Below are positions 57,123 to 64,000 of a DNA stretch of 64,000 bases, piece by piece; the stretch's first letter is position 1; each line of letters starts with the position of its first letter. Under the pieces are notes generated by a model. That model saw only the letters and a program-made list of their open reading frames with translations, ran no database searches and had not been told where the DNA came from. This DNA comes from a virus. The position numbers were made by a program, and so were the translations under genes. The stretch spans positions 21,951 through 85,950 of the IMG/VR virus record IMGVR_UViG_3300051212_000701; one strand, written 5' to 3'.

Positions 57123-60100
57123 TTAGGCCTGCGCTTCTGTCCATGATAGCGTAGCTGATATATTAGCCGCTGATGAACCTAGATTTGTTGCAACGATTGT
57201 TAGAATATCTGGCGCATTTGGGAAACCTGGACATGCAGTGCTTCCATCTCCATTTAATATAGAGTTACCAAGATCTCTAGCCTTTGTTAGGTCTACACGA
57301 GTAACTGAGTAGTTAGAACCACCAGGATTATCGGTGTAGAATGCGAACACACGGTCTCCTCCAGAAATAGTATTTGTAGGAGAAAGTACTGGAGATCCAA
57401 CTACTCCTCCGCCGTCGTGATAAATAATTTGTGCAAGAGAACCTGAACCGACTCGGTTTTCCTGCCATGCAGTTGGGATACTTACGCCGTTTAGCGATTG
57501 AGCATTCAAAATTCCTTCAATAAGGAATTGTCCCTGAGATAAAACGTTAATATTAAACAGTTTCAGCTGCATCGTATTCATAAGCTCACGAAGTCCGAAG
57601 TTTCTTCCTGTACCGTTATCTACAGATGGTGCCAGTCTTAGAGAAATCAAAGGACGTGCCTGTTGAGTAGCTCCAAATGTCTGAACAATACCTCCGTTTG
57701 GATTTACTGCAGAAGAAGGTTCATCTGCCTGTGCTAATGCGTACTGAATTGTATTTGATGTTACGTTTGATATTAAGAATGTTCCATTGTAATAGCTTGA
57801 TGTTAAAGCTGTAGCGCCTTGGCCAACTGCTTGGAATGGAATATTAGCAGAAGGTCTACTAAACAATATTGTTGTAGAAGTTGTGCCAGTAATTGTCCAT
57901 GTTCCATTAAACACTCCATCTACTCCAGATACTGTAACTGTTTGCCCTGTTCTATGTCTGTGGGCAACAGAAGTTGTAAGTTCTGCAGTATTTGAAAACA
58001 GTCTCTTGTATGTAATTGTTGATACATCGTTTACTCCAGATACTGTTGCATTGTAACCTGCAAGCAACTGGTGAGGTGCTGATGTTGTAAGTGTTGCTAC
58101 ACCTGAAGTTCTAATTCTTGAAACAATTGTTGCTGAAACCGATCCAGAACCACCAACTTGCAAGAATCTCTGCATACCAGCGGTAAAGATGAAGGATGCG
58201 TCGTCGTCGAAGCCTCCGTCCATAATAACGGAAGATCCCCAGTGGGACATAACTGGAGCACATTCTTGAGATATAACCTGAACAGAAACCTGAGCAGATC
58301 CAGAGCCTCCTGGAATGGTTGCATCTGGTCTAAATGTGGCTGCTGTATATGTACCATTTAGATTGATTGGTTGTCCGCCATAATATGTTACATATGGCTG
58401 TCTACGAATTAAATTCATAGCGTAACCCTTTGCTACGTCGCTATATGCTCCTATAGAAGTATACTTTGCAATTTCACAATAGTTTTCATCTGAAATTCTA
58501 ACATATCCGTCTTCTGGCCAGTAGTCTACATTGTCGACATACATAACTGTGTCTTGTGGAAGAAGGTTAGACCCTCTTACTGCTGTACCGCCAGCAACAA
58601 GCTTAGAAAACTTTGTTGGCTCATTAATTGCTTCATAACGAGCTGGCAAGTTACCTGATCTCTGATAAGCCTGTACGTTTACGTTATTGTGAGAAATTTC
58701 ATGGCACCAGGTTATCTTTCCACCTTGTCCTCTAAATCCATAACGAATTGTTCCAGCTCCATACCATGAATAATCAATGTATGTCATCTGCATCTTTGAA
58801 GGATCAAATACGTGACCTGAAGGACCTGTTCCGTCAAACTTGTCTAAGTTCCATTGTGATTGCGGTATCTTAACAATCTGAGTTTTACGATACTTAACGC
58901 TTGACTGTGTAGCTCCACGATACGCTGGGGCAATTGTAAGAGAAGTATCTGATGCAATCTGCAAAACTCTGTAAGACTGTCCACGAATTACAATTTTATC
59001 TCCTGATACCAATTGCTTTCTAAATATTGTATTTGTGCCAGTTACCGTGCTGTTATATTTAATAACTGAAACATTTCCTCTAAGTTCTTGTGTTGACCAT
59101 TGACGGCAAGCATAAATTCCTTGTCCGTCATACTCAAAGAAGAATCCGTCCTGCTCAGAATAAAGTCCAGCTCTTGTGGAAGCGCCTTTCCATTTATAAG
59201 CAGTTGCATATACGTTAACTCCGCCTGGAATCTGATCAATTGCAGAAATGTTTGATGTAAACAGAACTGTATATTTAAATGTAGTAGAATCTACAACTGA
59301 AGTAACAAGGTGAATTCCGTTATAAGGATTATATTCTCCCGATACCTCTACGCCTTCCATCTTAATGTAAGCACCTGGCTGTAGATTATGTGAAGAAAGT
59401 GTTGTTACTGTTATTTGCTGAGACCCAATCGATATGCCTGTAGCAGCAATATATTCTACTTCAAATGTAGGTGTAAATTTAGTTCCTGTTGAGAACTGAA
59501 TTGATTTACCTGACTGATAGCGGAAGAATCTGCGTGATTGACGCATTGTTTGTGTTCCACAAACGTTATTTCCTGTGGACATAATAACTCCACCGTCCAT
59601 TGGTCTGTGGTTTACATACCCTTCTGGCTTTGCATAAAATCCTTGATCTGTTGTATTAATTGGATTATTAATTTGAATTGGGGCCATGAAAGACATTGAG
59701 TTTGGTGTCGCTACCGTGTCAATAAAGAAGCTTCCATAAAAATTGCTTCCTTCTTTTTGTGTAATAAGAATTGGTGTTCCTGGAAGAAGTCCATGTGGCT
59801 TTGTTGTAACCACAGTAATTCTTGAAGGAGATGCTTGATCTGATACGGCTGAAAATGCTCCTAGTTGTCCTACAACTCCGCCCATAATATGAGCATTATC
59901 AAAAATTCCTCCGCCATACACAGATGTAAGGGTTCCGTCTTGAACATTTCCGCTAACAATACCCTTTGCTGTATAGGTAAATGTATTTGCTCCTGTTGGA
60001 AATACAAGGAATGTTCCATCCGCTAAGTCTGATGTTGTCTCTTGTACAGAAACAACATCTCCAGAGCTAAGTCCGTGTGGAGTATTGCATGTTACTGTTA

Positions 60101-60608
60101 CTGTAGAAAGAGGCGCAACTCCATTTCCTTCAATAAGCTGAACATCTAAGGCGTTACCTCCAGAAGATCTTCCAAAGAATCCTGGATAATTTTGAATCAT
60201 GGTTAAAGTTTCCCACTTTGAGTTCTGAATACCATATTCAAAATCTGTATCGATCAAAGACTTTGGAGCTGCAACTCTAAGCTTTCCAACAGCGTCAACC
60301 ATATAGTCTGCTGGCTCAAATCTTTCGTTATTTTCATCATACACAACCTGCCATGAATCTGTTGGCAACATGTTGGCAGTATTGTATTTTAGGGTTAATG
60401 TAGTTGCACCGTGTGCAGGATCTGTTGTTGTATCTACGGAATAATTATAAAGTCCAAGGGCGGGGTCGGCAAAGTTGTATACAACCTTATTGGCTGTAAT
60501 GTTAGTAATTAGGAGAAGTTTTTCTCTACGAATAATTTGAGGAATTGTTAATTCGCCAGTGCCTGGTACAAACTTCAATCCTGTAAGGTTTAGAATTTTT
60601 CTTGCCAT
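57123..60608 (-). CDS. large virion structural protein
   Basis: 1161 aa; KLLLITNITANKVVYNFADP N-terminus; repeated TVT..PHGL..GD.V beta modules. Confidence 0.75.
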   Translation of the reverse strand: MARKILNLTGLKFVPGTGELTIPQIIRREKLLLITNITANKVVYNFADPALGLYNYSVDTTTDPAHGATTLTLKYNTANMLPTDSWQVVYDENNERFEPADYMVDAVGKLRVAAPKSLIDTDFEYGIQNSKWETLTMIQNYPGFFGRSSGGNALDVQLIEGNGVAPLSTVTVTCNTPHGLSSGDVVSVQETTSDLADGTFLVFPTGANTFTYTAKGIVSGNVQDGTLTSVYGGGIFDNAHIMGGVVGQLGAFSAVSDQASPSRITVVTTKPHGLLPGTPILITQKEGSNFYGSFFIDTVATPNSMSFMAPIQINNPINTTDQGFYAKPEGYVNHRPMDGGVIMSTGNNVCGTQTMRQSRRFFRYQSGKSIQFSTGTKFTPTFEVEYIAATGISIGSQQITVTTLSSHNLQPGAYIKMEGVEVSGEYNPYNGIHLVTSVVDSTTFKYTVLFTSNISAIDQIPGGVNVYATAYKWKGASTRAGLYSEQDGFFFEYDGQGIYACRQWSTQELRGNVSVIKYNSTVTGTNTIFRKQLVSGDKIVIRGQSYRVLQIASDTSLTIAPAYRGATQSSVKYRKTQIVKIPQSQWNLDKFDGTGPSGHVFDPSKMQMTYIDYSWYGAGTIRYGFRGQGGKITWCHEISHNNVNVQAYQRSGNLPARYEAINEPTKFSKLVAGGTAVRGSNLLPQDTVMYVDNVDYWPEDGYVRISDENYCEIAKYTSIGAYSDVAKGYAMNLIRRQPYVTYYGGQPINLNGTYTAATFRPDATIPGGSGSAQVSVQVISQECAPVMSHWGSSVIMDGGFDDDASFIFTAGMQRFLQVGGSGSVSATIVSRIRTSGVATLTTSAPHQLLAGYNATVSGVNDVSTITYKRLFSNTAELTTSVAHRHRTGQTVTVSGVDGVFNGTWTITGTTSTTILFSRPSANIPFQAVGQGATALTSSYYNGTFLISNVTSNTIQYALAQADEPSSAVNPNGGIVQTFGATQQARPLISLRLAPSVDNGTGRNFGLRELMNTMQLKLFNINVLSQGQFLIEGILNAQSLNGVSIPTAWQENRVGSGSLAQIIYHDGGGVVGSPVLSPTNTISGGDRVFAFYTDNPGGSNYSVTRVDLTKARDLGNSILNGDGSTACPGFPNAPDILTIVATNLGSSAANISATLSWTEAQA

Positions 60609-60620
60609 ATTTGTTTTCTC

Positions 60621-61241
60621 CTAAAATATCATGCTTGTTGCTAAAAGCGTAGCATTGTTTTGTGACATGTTTGTTAAGAATTCATACTTTGGATAATACA
60701 CACCAAGGTTTAGAACTTGATCTGCCTTCCAAGAGTTTAATTCATCAATTACATTTTGAACTGCTGTTTCACCAGCTGGTCCTGTAGGACCAGTTGGTCC
60801 TGTTATACCTTGTACTCCGTTATTTCCTGCTGGACCCTTTAAATTTCCTTGCAGAATCCAGTTGTTGCCTGTAGAATCATACTGAAATAAATCTCCAGTT
60901 GTTGTGTTTAAATATGTATCTAGTCCAGCTTTGTTTGAAGGATTAGTTGGAGTAGGATTATTAATTCCTACAAATGTGTAAGTTCCTCTTGCTCCCGCCG
61001 CACCTTGAGAACCTGGTAATCCTTGTGGACCTGTTGGACCTTGAGGAATTTGAAAATTAAATATAGCAGCGCTAGATGATCCGCCATTTGTAACTTGCGC
61101 TGATTGTCCTGCAGCAACAGTTGTTACTGTTCCAACAGAAATAGTTGCGGCTGGACCTGTTGGGCCTGTTGCGCCTTGGGGTCCTGGTCTTGATCCTGCG
61201 ACAGTTACCCAAGAGGATCCGTTCCATCTTTTTAGTGACAT
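60621..61241 (-). CDS. short collagen-like protein
   Basis: Three short G-X-Y tracts and a TISVGTVTT..VTN...FNFQIPQG knot. Confidence 0.78.
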   Translation of the reverse strand: MSLKRWNGSSWVTVAGSRPGPQGATGPTGPAATISVGTVTTVAAGQSAQVTNGGSSSAAIFNFQIPQGPTGPQGLPGSQGAAGARGTYTFVGINNPTPTNPSNKAGLDTYLNTTTGDLFQYDSTGNNWILQGNLKGPAGNNGVQGITGPTGPTGPAGETAVQNVIDELNSWKADQVLNLGVYYPKYEFLTNMSQNNATLLATSMIF

Positions 61242-61279
61242 ATTTTCATACCCCTCCTACCTAAAGTATACCAGAATGA

Positions 61280-63970
61280 TTATTCAAATCCCATCCAAGC
61301 TAGGGCCTTTAGGTCTTCAAAAACTGTTGAGTTTGAAGTTATTATTGAATTTATGTTGTTTGCTGTTACGATAGCTAGCCATTGTCCTTGACTTCTAACA
61401 TATGCCAGGCCAGTAGAGGCGTCTGCAGCAACAAACCCATTTGGAGCATTTGAAGGAAAATCTGCTTGAGTGGCATAATTAGTAAAAGTTAAATCTTTAT
61501 AATAAGTTGGAGTTTCATTTTCATTTAAATCTACCCACAATTGAACGTTATTTGGATTTGGCGCCTCTGTACCAAACTCAACAATTGCACCATCATACTC
61601 ATCTGTATCTATCCAAAGTTCTCCTGGATATGAAGGAGTTGTTGGTTCATCTGCACTATAAATTAATTCTTGAATTGGCTCAACATTATCAACCCAGAAT
61701 TCGTATTGCTGTGGGTCTGGAGCAACTCCTCCAGTATAAAATTGATTAAATGGAGTATCAATATCGTCAACATCAATCCATAGATCTCCATTTGCTGTTG
61801 CGCCAGATGGTGGAGCAATTAAACCAACAAAAAATGTGCTTGGTGGAGCAGTCACATCTGTAGGAATTAATGTAAGTCCTCCTCCTCCGCCGCCAGAGCC
61901 CTGGATATCTTGCCAAAGCAATCCGTCCCAAACCTTTAGTTTATCTAGTGGTTTGTTATAATAAATTTGTCCATGTACTGGATCTGCTGGAGGGTTATCC
62001 AAACCAATAATGACTCCGTTTGTATATGTATTTTTAGATGTCCATGTATTTGTTGTTGAAAGAGAAAGATCTGTTGCTACATATTCCCATGTTGAAGATA
62101 AGGCGTTCCAAACTTTTAACGCTCTTGTATTTCCACTTCTATATTCATCTGTATCAAACCAAAATTCTCCATCAGCTGGAGTAGTTGGTGCCGAAGCTGA
62201 CATTATTGCTTTTGATGGAGGAATTATTGTTTCTAATATAAGTCTATTTTGAGCATCATCATAAGTTGCAGTAATATTAGGGTTTTGTCCATGAGTAAAT
62301 AATGGCGCTATATAGTCCTGTGCTTCCTCTTGAGTAAGTTGAGCAGTAACTGCTAAATTAATTCTATTATTTACATCATCATAAGTTGCTGTTACGTTAG
62401 AATGATTTGAATGTATAAACAATGAAGAAGTTGAATCTTGTGCTGCCTCTGTGAATCCAGGCAGGTCGGCAGTTGTAATATCAAAGTTTAATTTTCCTGT
62501 AGTATCATCATACGTAGCGCTAAACCCTGTAGGCTCTGTATTTCCAGATACCATGCCCCCAGCAACATCCTGTATTCTCTCATCTGTGTCTACCAGAGCT
62601 AGGTACGTACTGGCAGCATCGGTTATGTTTAGCTTAGTTGCCAGTGCGTTTGTAATTGTAGTTACAAAATTAGCATCGTCTCCTATTGCTGCTGCAATTT
62701 CATTCAAAGTATCAAGAAGCGCTGGAGCCCCATCAATTAAATTTGATATTGCTGTGTTAACATAGGTTTTGTCTGCTATTACAGATGTATCTACAGATAC
62801 TGTAATTGTATTTGCTACATCGTCATATACTTTTGTAATACCATTACCTGCTGTAAGAGATGTAGCAATAGCATCCATTACTTCTTCATCATCATAGTTA
62901 GCGCTAAGGCTTAGTGTTGCTGCAGTGTCATCATAAGAAACGGTAATGTTGTAGTGTGTGCCATCTGTTATCAACTTTGCAGCTTTGTCTTGAATTCTTT
63001 CATCAATATCTAACTGTGATTGTGGAACAAATCCATTTTCATCAAGCTCTGCAACACCTTCAGCATTGCCCATTAAACTAAGAGGAATATAGGTCGCTGC
63101 TGATGTATTGCTTAATCCAGATACAGCTGTGTCGACGTATGTTTTTGATGCCATTGTGTCTGTATTTGTCCACAGACCAGTTGTGGCGTTATATATTAAA
63201 ACTTCTCCTGTTGCTGGAGCTGTTATTGCTACATTATGTAACTCTTGTAGTTCAAATCCATTTTGAATCTTAACAAATATTTCACCATTTTCTGGATGTA
63301 CTCTGGTTACAATTCCAATAAATACAAGATGATTCGGCGCTGCTGGTTTATTAACAAGTCCATATATAAGAGTTCCATTTGGACCAAGCCATACTGGATC
63401 TCCCGCCGTTGCAGTAGACGTATCTAAATTTGGCAATAATCCTTCTGAAACAACAAATCCAGAATCATTTAAAGCAAGGGTTTGTCCCATTAATCCTAAA
63501 GTTTTAGAAGATGAAGACTCTGCAGAATATGAAGCTGCAGCAACAATCATATTTGTTCCAGTTGAGCCTGAAACATAAACTGGCTGTCCTATATTTAGTG
63601 CCTGTCCAGCTTTTACTATATGCTTAACTTGTTCTGCATATCCTGCTGCTGGCACCTGGGAAACATTTAAAACAATTCTATCTGCTACCTGGTTCCATGT
63701 TGCAGTTATATTTTGATGATCGGTATGATTGAGTAATCCAGCCGCAAGATCTTTAATCTCTTCTGGATCTTGAAAGTTTAATTCTAATTGCTTTACCTTA
63801 TAGTCAAGAGAATTTGGATCGGTTGAATTATTAACACCGACCTTTTGCTCAAGGGCTTCAATTGCGTCATTTGCATTAGCATGCTGGGCGGCATGCGAAA
63901 CTTCCTTGACAGAATCCGTACTTTGAGGATTTACAAGTTCGTCTAAGCTAGTTGGAAATGACGTTGCCAT
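61280..63970 (-). CDS. acidic repeat-rich fibre/virion protein
   Basis: HAAQHANANDAIEALE N-terminus; E.QD...H.NITATYDD repeats; P....G.(L/F)W.D repeats. Confidence 0.75.
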   Translation of the reverse strand: MATSFPTSLDELVNPQSTDSVKEVSHAAQHANANDAIEALEQKVGVNNSTDPNSLDYKVKQLELNFQDPEEIKDLAAGLLNHTDHQNITATWNQVADRIVLNVSQVPAAGYAEQVKHIVKAGQALNIGQPVYVSGSTGTNMIVAAASYSAESSSSKTLGLMGQTLALNDSGFVVSEGLLPNLDTSTATAGDPVWLGPNGTLIYGLVNKPAAPNHLVFIGIVTRVHPENGEIFVKIQNGFELQELHNVAITAPATGEVLIYNATTGLWTNTDTMASKTYVDTAVSGLSNTSAATYIPLSLMGNAEGVAELDENGFVPQSQLDIDERIQDKAAKLITDGTHYNITVSYDDTAATLSLSANYDDEEVMDAIATSLTAGNGITKVYDDVANTITVSVDTSVIADKTYVNTAISNLIDGAPALLDTLNEIAAAIGDDANFVTTITNALATKLNITDAASTYLALVDTDERIQDVAGGMVSGNTEPTGFSATYDDTTGKLNFDITTADLPGFTEAAQDSTSSLFIHSNHSNVTATYDDVNNRINLAVTAQLTQEEAQDYIAPLFTHGQNPNITATYDDAQNRLILETIIPPSKAIMSASAPTTPADGEFWFDTDEYRSGNTRALKVWNALSSTWEYVATDLSLSTTNTWTSKNTYTNGVIIGLDNPPADPVHGQIYYNKPLDKLKVWDGLLWQDIQGSGGGGGGLTLIPTDVTAPPSTFFVGLIAPPSGATANGDLWIDVDDIDTPFNQFYTGGVAPDPQQYEFWVDNVEPIQELIYSADEPTTPSYPGELWIDTDEYDGAIVEFGTEAPNPNNVQLWVDLNENETPTYYKDLTFTNYATQADFPSNAPNGFVAADASTGLAYVRSQGQWLAIVTANNINSIITSNSTVFEDLKALAWMGFE

Positions 63971-64000
63971 ACTTGCTATTATACCCCCAGATTAGTTATA

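Noticed and set aside
113-62765. All plus-strand ORFs in the track (e.g. 362..757, 12031..12552, 39095..39655, 44266..44769)
   Set aside because: They are antisense shadows of well-supported minus-strand genes. The GPV/APV repeats are simply the reverse complement of collagen codons, and they have no RBS or independent motifs.
1-64000. Stop-codon recoding, tRNA genes, integrase or transposase
   Set aside because: Genes are full length in code 11 and TAG, TGA and TAA all act as stops. No intergenic cloverleaf or recombinase/transposase motif was seen by eye (tRNAscan was not run).

Overview
This window is a 64-kb segment of a lytic-looking, AT-rich tailed dsDNA phage. It has siphovirus-type tail genes, and every credible gene lies on the minus strand. 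In transcription order (right to left) it holds four blocks. (1) A ~27.5-kb block (36.4-64 kb) of virion-fibre and adhesin genes: GPT-rich collagens, glycine-rich proteins, LamG and beta-propeller tips, and chaperones. This block also embeds a GT2-TPR glycosyltransferase, a U32-family Fe-S protein fused to an O-methyltransferase, and a DUF401-like membrane protein. (2) Portal, protease/scaffold, major capsid, neck and major tail genes. (3) A tail chaperone with a -1 frameshift, a 2134-aa tape measure protein and minor tail proteins. (4) A replication/recombination operon: metallophosphoesterase, DnaB helicase, primase, SSB, DnaE, MazG-like protein, RecA, Holliday junction resolvase and a Cas4-like nuclease. 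Gene content (phage-encoded DnaE and RecA), recurring extended -10 promoters and apparently leaderless genes suggest a large actinobacteriophage, possibly of low-GC freshwater Actinobacteria; this host call is inference. The best candidates for an undescribed system are the propeller/coiled-coil/U32-methyltransferase/DUF401 cassette and the modular, probably glycosylated fibre array around it. All product calls come from motif recognition by eye, not from database searches.
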